Counted from the stretch's first letter, positions 21,079 through 30,950 are shown. The stretch is DNA of 64,000 bases from Dehalococcoidia bacterium (GCA_963663235.2 CAXXNO010000004.1:384001-448000); one strand, 5' to 3'. The notes: a model not told the origin generated them from the letters alone. Made by a program: numbers and translations.

Positions 21079-21266
21079 GGCAGCTCTCTTTCTACCCGTT
21101 CGACGCCCGAGTCTAGAGGAAGCGGCCATCGCAGGGCTATCGCAGCGGCAACGTGGACCGCTTCCGGGGAGATCGATAAGATTGGGCAGTCAAGCGACGC
21201 ATGCCATCTGCCGCGCGGCCGGAGGCGCCCACCAGCGCCGGAGCCGCGTGGAGGAGCCGATATCTC

Positions 21267-22625
21267 GTGAGTCAGTCGTCGGACGCCATGCAATCGCTGG
21301 CGCCTCTTCTCCCGGTTACCGCCGAGGCGGATGGGGCCGGGCACTTACGCCTGGGCGGCTGCGACGTGCCGGCGCTGGTCGCCGAATACGGCTCGCCGCT
21401 CTACATCTACGACGAAGCGACGATCCGCGGCGTCTGTCGCGCCTTCCGCGAGGAGTTCGACCGTCGGCTGCCGGGCACGCAGGTGCTCTACGCCGCCAAG
21501 GCGTACCTCAGCCCCGCGCTGGCGGCGATCGTCGCCGCGGAGGGGCTGGGCTTGGATGTGGTCTCCGGCGGCGAGCTGTTCGTCGCGCGGAGCGCCGGCT
21601 TCCCGATGGACCGGGTGGCCTTCCACGGCAACAACAAGAGTGCAACGGAGCTTCAGGAGGCGCTGGAGGCCGGTGTGGGCCGGGTGGTCATCGACAACTT
21701 CGACGAGTTGGCGCTGCTCGACGGCCTCGCCCGCGAGCGCGGCGTGCGTCAGCCCGCCCTGCTGCGGCTGAACCCCGGCGTCGACGCGCACACGCACGAG
21801 AAGACCAGCACCGCCGTCGTGGATAGCAAGTTCGGCTTCCCGCTCCAGGCCGGCGCGGCGGAAGAGGCCGTGCGGCGCGCGCTGGCGGCCGACGGTCTGG
21901 AACTGACCGGCTATCACATGCACTTGGGCTCGCCCATCTACGACCCTGCGCCCTACGGCCAGGGCATCGCGGCGGTCGCCGGCTTCGCCGCGCGGATGCA
22001 GGACGCCTTCGACTTCACGTGGCAGGAGTTCAGCCCGGGCGGCGGCTTCGCCGTGGGGTACACGCCGGACCGGCCGCCGCCGGCGATCGCGGCTTACGCC
22101 GAAGCGATCGGGAGGGCTCTGCACGACGCGTGCGGCAAGCACGACCTCCCGCTGCCGAGCGTGCAGGTGGAGCCGGGGCGGGCGATCGTGGCGCGGGCCG
22201 GTGTGGCCGTGTACACGGTGGGGGCGCGCAAGGAGATCCAGGGCGTGCGCGCCTACGTCGCCGTCGATGGGGGCATGGCCGACAACGTGCGTCCGGCGAT
22301 GTACGGGGCGCGCTATTCCGCGCTGGTGGCCAACCGGGTCGCGGCGGAGGCCGTGGAGCGGGTGACGGTGGCGGGCAAGTTCTGCGAGAGCGGCGACATC
22401 CTCATCCGCGAGGCCGAGTTGCCCCGGCTGGAGGCCGGGGACTTGCTGGCGGTGCCGGCCAGCGGCGCCTACAACCTGGCGATGGAGAGCAACTACAACC
22501 TGGCGAGGCGGCCCGCAGTGGTCTTCGTGCGCGACGGCGCGGCGCGGCTCGTCCGGCGCCGGCAGTCGTATGAAGAGCTGCTGGCGCTGGAGATCCTGCC
22601 CGTGGGCGTGGGGGGACCGGCATGA
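21267..22625 (+). CDS. lysA: Diaminopimelate decarboxylase
   Basis: YAAKA (PLP Lys), FHGNNK, SKFG, HMHLGS, EPGR, GKFCESGD, GAYN. Start at 21267 or 21288. Confidence 0.95.
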   Translation: MSQSSDAMQSLAPLLPVTAEADGAGHLRLGGCDVPALVAEYGSPLYIYDEATIRGVCRAFREEFDRRLPGTQVLYAAKAYLSPALAAIVAAEGLGLDVVSGGELFVARSAGFPMDRVAFHGNNKSATELQEALEAGVGRVVIDNFDELALLDGLARERGVRQPALLRLNPGVDAHTHEKTSTAVVDSKFGFPLQAGAAEEAVRRALAADGLELTGYHMHLGSPIYDPAPYGQGIAAVAGFAARMQDAFDFTWQEFSPGGGFAVGYTPDRPPPAIAAYAEAIGRALHDACGKHDLPLPSVQVEPGRAIVARAGVAVYTVGARKEIQGVRAYVAVDGGMADNVRPAMYGARYSALVANRVAAEAVERVTVAGKFCESGDILIREAELPRLEAGDLLAVPASGAYNLAMESNYNLARRPAVVFVRDGAARLVRRRQSYEELLALEILPVGVGGPA

Positions 22626-23668
22626 GCGCGCGCTGGGAGGTGGTGGGCGGCGGCGTTGTGGCCGCGCTGGAGCGGATGCTGGCGGCGGAGCGGGTCCCGC
22701 ATGCGCTGCTCCTCAGCGGACCGCCCCAGGTGGGCAAGGGCGCCATCGCTCGGGCGCTGGCGCAGGCGCTCAACTGTGAAGGGCCGGAGCGCCCTTGCGG
22801 GGAGTGCCGCTCCTGCCGTCGCATTGCCGAAGGCAAGCACGCGGACGTCGAAGTGGTGGGGCCGGGCGCGATCTGCCGGGAATCCGATCACGATCACAGC
22901 CGCAGCCGGGTGATCGGCATCTGCGCGGTGCGGCGCCTAGAGTCTGTGGCGGCGCTGCAGCCCTTTGAGGGGCGGCAGCGGGTGTTCATCGTCGATCCGG
23001 CGGATGCCTTGACCGATGAGGCGGAGGACGCCTTTCTCAAGACGCTGGAGGAGCCGCCGCCGGCGGTGACGTTTGTGCTGGTGAGCGCGCGGCCGGCTCT
23101 GCTGCGGGCCACGGTGCGATCGCGGTGTCGCCAGTTGACCGTGTCGCCCTTGCCGGTATCGGAGCTGGCGGAGTGGCTGGTCCGGGAGCAGGACCTGTCG
23201 GAAGACGCGGCGGGCATTCTGGCGCGGCAGGCTCGGGGCCGGATCCGGTGGGTTCGGGAGGCGCTGCGCGAGGGTGATCCGCTGGAAACGCGGCGCGCGC
23301 AGGCGCACGAGGTGCGGCGGCTGGTGGATGCCAGCCAGGCGGATCGGCTGTCGTACGCCCAGAGCCTGGCCGGCGGGGGCGGCGAGCCGGTCAGCGCCCT
23401 CACCGCGCTGGAGCACTGGATCGCGTGGTGGCGTGACCTGCTGCTGGCGCGGGCGGCGTGCGGGGAGCAGGTCACGCATCAGGACCAACGAGAAGAGCTG
23501 GAGGTGGAGTGCCGCCGATTTCGCGCGGCGGACATCGTGCGGTTTATGCGCGCGCTGGTGGAGACGCAGACACATCTCCGGCACGGGGTGAACCCGCGGC
23601 TGGCGCTGGAGGCGCTGGTGTTGCGCATTCCGGCGGCGACTGAACCCGCGGCGACGACAGGGAAGTGA
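22622..23668 (+). CDS. holB: DNA polymerase III delta' subunit
   Basis: HALLLSGPPQVGK, ALNC...PCGECRSC, LKTLEEPP, TVRSRC. Confidence 0.92.
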   Translation: MSARWEVVGGGVVAALERMLAAERVPHALLLSGPPQVGKGAIARALAQALNCEGPERPCGECRSCRRIAEGKHADVEVVGPGAICRESDHDHSRSRVIGICAVRRLESVAALQPFEGRQRVFIVDPADALTDEAEDAFLKTLEEPPPAVTFVLVSARPALLRATVRSRCRQLTVSPLPVSELAEWLVREQDLSEDAAGILARQARGRIRWVREALREGDPLETRRAQAHEVRRLVDASQADRLSYAQSLAGGGGEPVSALTALEHWIAWWRDLLLARAACGEQVTHQDQREELEVECRRFRAADIVRFMRALVETQTHLRHGVNPRLALEALVLRIPAATEPAATTGK

Positions 23669-23669
23669 G

Positions 23670-24803
23670 ATGAGCGTAAACGTGCTGGGGGTGCGCTTCC
23701 GCGAGGCGGCGAAGATCTACTACTTCGCGCCCCCGGAGGAGCCGCTCTATGCGGGCGAGTACGTGGTGGTGCCGACCGCGCACGGCGAGGAGATGGCGCG
23801 GGTGGTGATCACGCCCGATGCCGACGCCGGTGCGACGCCCCACGACGTCAAAGCGATCCGCCGCATGGCGACGGGGGAGGACCGAGCGCGGGCGGCGGAG
23901 ATGCAGGATCGGGCCGACGCGATGCTCCAGCGCTTGCGCGCGATCGTGGGGGAGCTGGAACTGCCGATGTACGTGGCGGCCTGCCAGGTCAACCTGGAGG
24001 GCACGGAGGGCACGGCGTTCTTCCAAGCGGACGACCCCGTGGACTTTCGGTCCGTGCAGGAGACGATCGAGATCGAGTACGAGATCCGGCTGCACATGAT
24101 GCAGGTGGGGCCGCGCGATCGCGCCAAGCTGGTGGACGGGTACGACATCTGTGGACAGCGGCTGTGCTGCTCCTCCTGGATGACGGCGTTCCCGAAGGTG
24201 GGCATCCGCATGGCCAAGGCGCAGGATCTCTCGCTCAATCCGGACAAGATCTCCGGTGTGTGCGGCCGCCTCTTCTGCTGCTTGACCTTTGAGTACGACA
24301 TCTACCGCGACATGCGGGGCAAGCTCCCCAAGCTGGGGAAGCAGGTGTCGACGCCGGTGGGCCAGGGACGGGTGGTCGCGGTCAACGTGCCCAAGGAGTC
24401 CATGACGGTGCAGTTGGATGACTCCGGACGGCGCGTGGAGGTGCCGGCAATAGAGATGGGCCTTTCGGTCCGGGTGGAGTCCGCGCCCAACGAGGCGATC
24501 GAAGAGACGGTGAGAGCCCGGGGGACGGTCGAGACGACGGTCGAGACGACGGTCGAGACGGGGGCCGAGACGAAGGCGGCGGGCGCCACGGACGAAGGCC
24601 AGGCTGCGCCACGAGCGCGCCGGCGCCGCAGGCGGCGGCGGCGCTCGGGGAGCGAGGGGGGAACGCCGGCGACCACCGAGGGAACGCCTGCGACCAGCGA
24701 GGGAGCGCCTCCGACCAGCGAGGGGGCGGAGGGTGGCGGCGGCCGGCGCCGTCGACGGCGGAAGCCCGCCGAGGGGAACGGGCCGCCGCCCGCGGCTGGC
24801 TAG
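23670..24803 (+). CDS. ricT: PSP1-domain protein RicT/YaaT with a low-complexity tail
   Basis: VDFR, GYDICGQRLCCSSW, MAKAQDLSLNPDKISGVCGRLFCCLTFE; holB-ricT synteny. Confidence 0.9.
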   Translation: MSVNVLGVRFREAAKIYYFAPPEEPLYAGEYVVVPTAHGEEMARVVITPDADAGATPHDVKAIRRMATGEDRARAAEMQDRADAMLQRLRAIVGELELPMYVAACQVNLEGTEGTAFFQADDPVDFRSVQETIEIEYEIRLHMMQVGPRDRAKLVDGYDICGQRLCCSSWMTAFPKVGIRMAKAQDLSLNPDKISGVCGRLFCCLTFEYDIYRDMRGKLPKLGKQVSTPVGQGRVVAVNVPKESMTVQLDDSGRRVEVPAIEMGLSVRVESAPNEAIEETVRARGTVETTVETTVETGAETKAAGATDEGQAAPRARRRRRRRRRSGSEGGTPATTEGTPATSEGAPPTSEGAEGGGGRRRRRRKPAEGNGPPPAAG

Positions 24804-25264
24804 TCGCGCAGCTCCAGGATCAACTCGACCTCGACCGGCGCGCCGGAGGGCAACTCGGCCACCCCGATCGCCGACCGCGCGCCGACGCCGTCGTCACCGA
24901 AGATGTCGCGCAAGACTTCGGAGGCCCCATTGATCACCTTGGGGTGCTGGTCGAAGCCGGGCGCGGAGTTGACGTAGCCCGTGACCCGCACCACGCGGGC
25001 AACGCGATCCAGGGAGCCGATCACGCTGCGGGCGCCGTTGAGGCAGTTGAGGGCGGCCTGCCGGGCGGCGTCGTGGCCCTGCTGGATGGAGACCTCAGCG
25101 CCCACCTTGCCCTTGCTGGTGAAGGTGCCGGTGTCGTCCGCGTTGACGTGGCCGGAGACGTAGCAGAGCTTTCCGGTCACCACCGCGGGGACGTAGACGC
25201 CCGCGGGCGCGATCCGGGTGGGCAGGGTGATGCCGAGTTCCTTGAGACGGTCCGCAACAGTCAT
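24800..25264 (-). CDS. RidA-family protein
   Basis: YVSGH, GKVG, HPKVINGASE, ARSAIGVAELP. Confidence 0.88.
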   Translation of the reverse strand: MTVADRLKELGITLPTRIAPAGVYVPAVVTGKLCYVSGHVNADDTGTFTSKGKVGAEVSIQQGHDAARQAALNCLNGARSVIGSLDRVARVVRVTGYVNSAPGFDQHPKVINGASEVLRDIFGDDGVGARSAIGVAELPSGAPVEVELILELRD

Positions 25265-25340
25265 GGGGCACCTCGCTTCCGTCGCACCATGTTAGACGGG
25301 CGGCCGGGCGGAGGGACAGGCGGCACGGATTGGTGGACTG

Positions 25341-26276
25341 CTAGACGGCGATCGATTCGGGGATCGCCGGGTGCGGCTCGGCGGCGGTCTGGGCGCGGAC
25401 GATGGCGGCGACCAGCGCTTCGAGCTGTTCGTCGTCGTACCAGCGGATGACGATCTTGCCCCCCTTGCGCGCGCGTTCCACGCGGACGCGCGTGCCCAGG
25501 GCCACTTGGAGCCGTTGCTGCGCGAGGACGTCGCCGGGGAGTTCCCGCGCCGCTGGCGCGGGTGCGTCGGCGGCCGGCGCGCGCAGGCCGCGCGTCGCCT
25601 GTTCCGTCTGCCTCACCGTGAGATTACGCCGCCGCACCCGCTCCCAGAGGCGGAGGCGTTGCTCCTCGCCGGGAGCGCCGAGGATGGCGCGCGCGTGTCC
25701 TTCCGAGATCTCGCCGGCCGCCAGGCTGAGGCGGATGGCCGTGGGCAGTTGCAGGAGGCGGAGCGCGTTGGTGACGGCCGCGCGACTCTTGCCGACGCTC
25801 TTGGCCAGCTGCTCTTGGGTGAGACCGGATCGTTCGATCAGGCGGGAGTAGGCGTGGGCCTCCTCGAGCGGGCCGAGGTCTTGGCGCTGGAGATTCTCCA
25901 CCAAGGCCACGGTGAGGACGTCTGCGCTGGCGATGTCAGTGACGATCGCCGGCACCTCCGCCAGTCCGGCCAGTTGGGCGGCGCGCCAGCGGCGCTCGCC
26001 GGCCACCAGGACGTAGCCGTGGTCCTGGGAGCGCCGCACGAGGATGGGTTGCAGCACCCCGTGTTCGCGGATGCTGGCCGCCAGTTCCTCTAGGGCGGTC
26101 GAGTCCAGGTGGCTGCGGGGTTGATCTGGATTGGGCTGGATTTCACCGACGGGCAGCATGTGCGCCGCGGGCAACGCGTGCGCCGCGGCCGGCGCGTCGC
26201 TGGGCCGGCTCGGGCCGGGGCCCGAGGGGATGAGGGCGTTCAGCCCGCGCCCCAGTGGCTGACGGATCTTGCTCAT
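25341..26276 (-). CDS. parB: Chromosome partitioning protein ParB
   Basis: LGRGLNALI, NPDQPR, GVLQPI, LVAGERRWRAA, ENLQRQDL, HTH GKSRAAVTNALRLL. Confidence 0.97.
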   Translation of the reverse strand: MSKIRQPLGRGLNALIPSGPGPSRPSDAPAAAHALPAAHMLPVGEIQPNPDQPRSHLDSTALEELAASIREHGVLQPILVRRSQDHGYVLVAGERRWRAAQLAGLAEVPAIVTDIASADVLTVALVENLQRQDLGPLEEAHAYSRLIERSGLTQEQLAKSVGKSRAAVTNALRLLQLPTAIRLSLAAGEISEGHARAILGAPGEEQRLRLWERVRRRNLTVRQTEQATRGLRAPAADAPAPAARELPGDVLAQQRLQVALGTRVRVERARKGGKIVIRWYDDEQLEALVAAIVRAQTAAEPHPAIPESIAV

Positions 26277-27073
26277 GAGGTCGCTCCTAGCGCAAAGGGG
26301 GCGACGGGCGCCGCCGTCCCGAGGCTGGCCGCTTGCAGCTCCGCGGCCGCCTGGCGATAGGCCGCCGCCCCCACGGAGTCCGCTGCGTACTGGAAGATGG
26401 ACTGTCCGAAGCTCGGCGCCTCGCTGAGGCGGACGGAGCGGGGGATCACCGCCCGAAAGGCCTGCGGAAAGTGACGCCGGACTTCGTCGACCACGCGCTG
26501 CGACAAGTTCGTTCTTGAATCAAACATCGTGAGGAGGAGGCCACCGATGGTCAGGCGGGGATTGAGATTGCGGCGCACCAACTCGATCGTGGTGGTGAGC
26601 TGGCCGAGCCCTTCCAGGGCCAGGTACTCGCATTGCACCGGTACCAGCGCGGCGTCCGCCGCCGTCAGCGCGTTCACCGTGAGCAGCCCCAGGGAGGGCG
26701 GGCAATCGATGAGGACGTAGTCGAAGCGGGCGTCGACGCCGCTCAGGGCGCGGCGCAACTGGTGTTCCCGCTGGGGCGCGGCCACCAACTCGATCTCGGC
26801 GCCGGCCAGCTCCGGCGTGGCCGGGAGGAGGACGAGGCCGGCTTCGTCCGTGGGCAGCGCGCAGGCATCGAGGGTGGCATCGCCGACGAGGAGATCGTAG
26901 ACCGTCCGGCGTCCTGCGACATCGACGCCCAGCCCGCTCGTGGCGTTGCCTTGGGGGTCGCAATCGACGAGGAGGACGCGGCTGGCGGACCGAGCGAGCG
27001 CGGCGCCGAGATTAATCGCCGTCGTGCTCTTGCCGACGCCGCCTTTCTGGTTGGCGATCACCCAAACGGTCAT
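26273..27073 (-). CDS. parA: Chromosome partitioning ATPase ParA/Soj
   Basis: NQKGGVGKST, DCDPQGNAT, DCPPSLG, QCEYLALEG, LSEAPSFG. Confidence 0.97.
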   Translation of the reverse strand: MTVWVIANQKGGVGKSTTAINLGAALARSASRVLLVDCDPQGNATSGLGVDVAGRRTVYDLLVGDATLDACALPTDEAGLVLLPATPELAGAEIELVAAPQREHQLRRALSGVDARFDYVLIDCPPSLGLLTVNALTAADAALVPVQCEYLALEGLGQLTTTIELVRRNLNPRLTIGGLLLTMFDSRTNLSQRVVDEVRRHFPQAFRAVIPRSVRLSEAPSFGQSIFQYAADSVGAAAYRQAAAELQAASLGTAAPVAPFALGATS

Positions 27074-27096
27074 GCGTCCCGTAATCGCCGACCCCG

Positions 27097-27978
27097 CTAC
27101 CCATCCTCACGGTACACAATGGTCACTTTGCGCGCATCACCCTCGCCGACGGACTCGGTCTCGACGTCCGGATCCTCGGATAAGGCGAGATGAACGATGC
27201 GGCGCTCGGCCGCTGGCATCGGCTCCATCGTCACCGGGACGCGGGACTCCCGTATCTGGTCGGCCAAGCGCAGCGCCAAGGCGTTGAGCGCCTCCTCGCG
27301 GCGGCGCTTGTAGTGGTGAATATCAATGGTGATGGGACGTTGGCCCTTGTGGCGGCGGCTCAGCATCAGGTTCACCAGGTACTGCAGCGCCGCCAGGTAC
27401 TCGCCGCGGCGGCCGATGAGCAGGCCGAGGTCGTCATCGGGGTGGGCGGGGTTGATGTCCAGCACGGCGGCGGCGTGATCGAGGCCGTCCATGGGGGTCT
27501 CCGGCGCGCGCGCGCTAATCTCCGCGTCGATGCCGAGCAAGTGGAGCAGATCGGTGAGGATGTGGAGCGCGTGCTCGACGGGATCGGGGTCCGGCTCGGC
27601 GTCTGGCGGGGCCAGCAACTGGAAGGGCATCGCCTCTGCGGGTGGAGCGCCGCGGGGTCTGCGGTCGCGTTCCGGCCGCGTTCGCCGGGCGCCGGGGGTG
27701 GGGCGCCGGACATCGGGCGGCGGCGGGGGGGGCGGCGGGGTTGGGGGTGGAGGTGGGGGCACCTCCGGCTGCGCGCCCTCAGAGAGGGGCGTCACGCGCA
27801 CTCGCGCCGCGGCGGCGCCGATGCCGAAGACGCCGGGACGGCCCTCGCTCAGCACGGTCACGGCGACCTGCGAGCGGTTCAGATCCAAGTCTCGGAGTGC
27901 GCGGTGGATGGCCTCGTCGACCGTCTTGGCGCTGAGTTCGATCGGTTCGCTTGGGTGATCGGCCATCGCTTCGCTCAA
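27097..27978 (-). CDS. jag: RNA-binding protein Jag/KhpB/EloR
   Basis: Jag_N (AKTVDEAI), KH (LLIGRRGEYLAALQ), R3H (ERRIVHLAL). Confidence 0.93.
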   Translation of the reverse strand: MSEAMADHPSEPIELSAKTVDEAIHRALRDLDLNRSQVAVTVLSEGRPGVFGIGAAAARVRVTPLSEGAQPEVPPPPPPTPPPPPPPPDVRRPTPGARRTRPERDRRPRGAPPAEAMPFQLLAPPDAEPDPDPVEHALHILTDLLHLLGIDAEISARAPETPMDGLDHAAAVLDINPAHPDDDLGLLIGRRGEYLAALQYLVNLMLSRRHKGQRPITIDIHHYKRRREEALNALALRLADQIRESRVPVTMEPMPAAERRIVHLALSEDPDVETESVGEGDARKVTIVYREDG

Positions 27979-28904
27979 TCCTTACTCTGTTCCGCATCGC
28001 GTTGGGCGGCGTCGGCCCTGCGCCGACGCCGGCGACGCGACCGACGTTTGCGGGTGGGCCCGTCCGGCGCCTGGGCGGCCGGCTCCTCGCCGGCGGGTTC
28101 TTCGGTGTCCGACGGCTGATCTTGGCGATCGGGCGCGGCGGCGGGCCTGGGGGCGAGCATGGGCTCCATTGTGAAGAGGTCCCGCCAGCGGAAGTTCTCC
28201 GGGCCGTTGTAGATGTAGGCGGCGACGATGCCGAAGAGGCTGGTGACCACCCAGTACAAGCCCAGGCCGCTGGGCACCGAGACGGTGAAGAAGGCGAACA
28301 TGAGCGGCATCATCCAGAGCATCGTGCGGTTCATGGACGCCGACCGATCGCTGGGGGAGATGGCTCGGGCGGTGCTGAGCTTCTGCTGCACAAAGGTGGT
28401 GAGGCCGACGAGGATGGCCAGCGGCAGCGAGGGGCTGCCGAGGTCCAGGAAGAGGAAGTCCCGATTGAGCGGCACGGCGCCCGTGATGAAGCTCCAGTCA
28501 TAGAGGCGGCTGGAGAGGCCGAAGAGCTCCTCCGGGGCGTCGCTGAGGGTGTTGCGGATGACCCGGAACAGGGCGATCCAGATGGGCATCTGGATGAGCA
28601 GCGGCACCGCGCAGCCCAAGGGGTTGAACCCCACCTCCCGGTACATCTTCATCATTTCCTGCTGGCGGCGGCGGGGGTCCTTGTACTTCTTCTGGATCTC
28701 CTGGAGCCGCGGCTGCATCGCCTGCATCGCCCGAGTGGTCCGAAACTGGCGCAGGGTCAGCGGGTAGGTGATGAGACGGATGACGATGGTGAAGGCGATA
28801 ATCGCCAGCCCGTAGTTGTCGAACAGAACGTTCGACAGGATGATGAGGAAGTTCGTCATCGGGTTGACGAGGACTTCGTTCCAGATGAATCCGATGATCT
28901 CCAT
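27975..28904 (-). CDS. yidC: Membrane protein insertase YidC (short form, no P1 domain)
   Basis: YGLAIIAFTIVIRLITYPL, NPLGCAVPLLIQMPIWIALF, PSGLGLYW. Confidence 0.95.
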   Translation of the reverse strand: MEIIGFIWNEVLVNPMTNFLIILSNVLFDNYGLAIIAFTIVIRLITYPLTLRQFRTTRAMQAMQPRLQEIQKKYKDPRRRQQEMMKMYREVGFNPLGCAVPLLIQMPIWIALFRVIRNTLSDAPEELFGLSSRLYDWSFITGAVPLNRDFLFLDLGSPSLPLAILVGLTTFVQQKLSTARAISPSDRSASMNRTMLWMMPLMFAFFTVSVPSGLGLYWVVTSLFGIVAAYIYNGPENFRWRDLFTMEPMLAPRPAAAPDRQDQPSDTEEPAGEEPAAQAPDGPTRKRRSRRRRRRRADAAQRDAEQSKD

Positions 28905-28928
28905 GTGTCTGGTTTGGCCTCCGGCGGC

Positions 28929-30176
28929 TCAGGCGGAGCCGCCGCCATCTGGAGCGGTGCAGGGCTGGGCGGGCTTGGGATCCGGGAAGCACTCGCGCGC
29001 GTCGTCGCGATTGACCTGAATCTCGTACAGCTCCCCCGCTTCGTTGGCCACGAGGAACGGTGAGCCGATCGATGTGCCGAGGGCGAGCGGGTTGGCGTAA
29101 AACAGGCTGTCCAGCTCCTCGAACGGGGAGACCCAAACCTCGGTGCCCCGCCCGCTGTCGATCGCGTGGGCCTTCCCGGCCCGGGTCATCACCACGAGAA
29201 CGAGCATTTCGCCGTCGGCCATGAGGAGGGGGCGGGCGCGGATGGCGCCGCCCGCGTCGTAGGGCTCGGCCCAGCGCTCGTCCCCGGTGGCGGCGTCCCA
29301 AGCCCAGACGCTGCCGGCGAGGTCGGCGGCGTAGACCGTGCCGTCCCGGATGAGGGCGGAGGTCCAGAACCAGTCCCGGCCCTCGCGGCTCCAGATCTCC
29401 GTACCGTCCTCGATGTCGATGGCGTAGAAGCGGCGGTCGAAGCTGCCGATGAAGAGCCGCCCGTCCGCGACGACCGCGTCGCTGCCGATCCCCGCGCCGG
29501 CCTGGAAGCGCCAGACCTCGCCGCCGTCGGCGGTGCGCAGGGCATGGATGGTCCCGTCCAGCGCGGGGACGATCAGGAGTTGGCCGTGCTCCCGGCTCTG
29601 CGCCAGGGCGGGCGTGCCCCACACCTCGTTGGCGAGGTCGTCGAAGGTCCACAGGTCCTCTTCGGGGTTGTCGGTGTCGACGGCGATGACGCGCTTGTCG
29701 GTCGTGGCGATGTAGGCGACGCGGTCGTCCGCCACCACGCTCGCCACCACGCTGTCGGCGGTGTCAAAGATCAGGCGGGCGCTGGAGCCGTCGATGCGGA
29801 TCGCGTAGACTTTGCCGTCGCTCCAGGTCCCCACCAGGATCTCGTCTTGACCCAGGAGGGTGGGGTCGCCGTAGAACGCGCCCGTGGGGACTTCCTCATC
29901 GAGGCCGCGAAAACGGTTGTCCCTGGCCGGGTCCGGGAACTCCCAGATGAGCTCCCCCGTGGAGTCGGTGGGGTCGATGGCGGCGATGCGGTCGCGCCCG
30001 GCGGCGAAGATGATCAGGTCGCGCTCTCGCTCGTCGATGACGACGTCGGGGACGAGGAGCGGCGCCGCCCAGCCGTCGGCGTTGTCGCCGATCCCGCAGG
30101 CGGCCAGGAGAAGGGGGACGAGGAGCAGGGGCAGGACCGCGAGGGGCGAGTGTTTCACGTGAAACCAGTGGCTCAT
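28929..30176 (-). CDS. PQQ-like beta-propeller repeat lipoprotein (BamB-like fold)
   Basis: Lipobox LLLAACG. Repeated Trp-docking motifs: LRTADGGEVWRF, IDIEDGTEIWS, WDAATGDERW, IDSGRGTEVW. ATG overlaps the yidD stop. Confidence 0.85.
   Translation of the reverse strand: MSHWFHVKHSPLAVLPLLLVPLLLAACGIGDNADGWAAPLLVPDVVIDERERDLIIFAAGRDRIAAIDPTDSTGELIWEFPDPARDNRFRGLDEEVPTGAFYGDPTLLGQDEILVGTWSDGKVYAIRIDGSSARLIFDTADSVVASVVADDRVAYIATTDKRVIAVDTDNPEEDLWTFDDLANEVWGTPALAQSREHGQLLIVPALDGTIHALRTADGGEVWRFQAGAGIGSDAVVADGRLFIGSFDRRFYAIDIEDGTEIWSREGRDWFWTSALIRDGTVYAADLAGSVWAWDAATGDERWAEPYDAGGAIRARPLLMADGEMLVLVVMTRAGKAHAIDSGRGTEVWVSPFEELDSLFYANPLALGTSIGSPFLVANEAGELYEIQVNRDDARECFPDPKPAQPCTAPDGGGSA
30151..30166. 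promoter_or_regulatory. parS: parS centromere site
   Basis: TGTTTCACGTGAAACC matches the palindromic consensus TGTTTCACGTGAAACA at 15/16 and lies about 3 kb from parA. Confidence 0.88.
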
Positions 30177-30433
30177 CAGGAGGCCGTCTCGTGGGGCGCG
30201 CGCAGGGCATCGGTGTGGCCGGCGGGAACGGCCGGGTCGTAGCCCCCAGCGTTGAAGGGATTGCAGCGCAGGATCCGCCAGGCGGTCCGGACCCCGCCCC
30301 GGAGCAGGCAGTAGCGGGCGATGGACTGAGCGCCGTACTCGGAGCAAGAGGGCTCAAAGCGGCAGCTGGGCGGGGTCTGAGGTGAGATGTGGCGTTGGTA
30401 GCCCCGGATCAGCCACAGAGCCAGGCGGCTCAC
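30176..30433 (-). CDS. yidD: Membrane protein insertion efficiency factor YidD
   Basis: YQRHISP...CRFEPSCSEY...RILRCNPF..GGYDP. Confidence 0.95.
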   Translation of the reverse strand: MSRLALWLIRGYQRHISPQTPPSCRFEPSCSEYGAQSIARYCLLRGGVRTAWRILRCNPFNAGGYDPAVPAGHTDALRAPHETAS

Positions 30434-30777
30434 TCCGCCGCCTCGCGGCTCAGCAGGCCGGCGCGGGCCAGCAGGCCGCGCAGGGATTGGTCCAGCGCCG
30501 GGAATGGGGCTTCCATCGCCTGGCGCCGCGCGATGACCACGACGTCCGCCTTCCCCTCCGCCCCGCTGAGCCGCGCGGACTCCCGCAGCCGTCGCTTGAG
30601 GCGGTTCCGCGCCGGTGCATGCCCCAGCCGCCGCCCGACCGCGAACCCGAAGCGCGGGACCGGGGTGGTGGGGTTGGCTCGCACTCGGAGCACGAGCAAC
30701 CTCCCCTGGTAGGCCGTACCGCTGCGGTAGACGGCAGCGAAATCTTGGCGATGTCGGAGCCGCTGCGGGCGGCGCAT
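30430..30777 (-). CDS. rnpA: Ribonuclease P protein component
   Basis: RLRHRQDF, RFGFAVGRRLG, RNRLKRRLRE (RNR motif). Confidence 0.93.
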   Translation of the reverse strand: MRRPQRLRHRQDFAAVYRSGTAYQGRLLVLRVRANPTTPVPRFGFAVGRRLGHAPARNRLKRRLRESARLSGAEGKADVVVIARRQAMEAPFPALDQSLRGLLARAGLLSREAAE

Positions 30778-30809
30778 CGGCGGGCGGCCGCGCCGCCCGT
30801 ATTCACCTT

Positions 30810-30950
30810 CTAGACCACGGTCAACCGCTTCCGTCCGCGTTGGCGGCGGCGCTTGAGCACCGCCCGCCCTCCCCGCGTGGCCATGCGTTTGCGGAAGCCG
30901 TGTTCGCGCTTGCGCGGAATTCGTTTGGGCTGATAGGTGCGCTTGGGCAT
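30810..30950 (-). CDS. rpmH: 50S ribosomal protein L34
   Basis: Not in the ORF track. Manual translation: [46 protein letters not shown]. Confidence 0.97.
   Translation of the reverse strand: MPKRTYQPKRIPRKREHGFRKRMATRGGRAVLKRRRQRGRKRLTVV

Noticed and set aside
21110-21260. Possible lysine riboswitch upstream of lysA (AGAGG start, CTGCC...GTGGAG end)
   Set aside because: The AAAGG and GCCGAA core elements are not visible and the region must also hold divergent promoters. An Infernal search with the lysine model would settle it.
24528-24730. Short tandem repeats (GTCGAGACGACG x3; 21-bp PATSEG units)
   Set aside because: In-frame low-complexity tail of RicT with no sign of a separate element.
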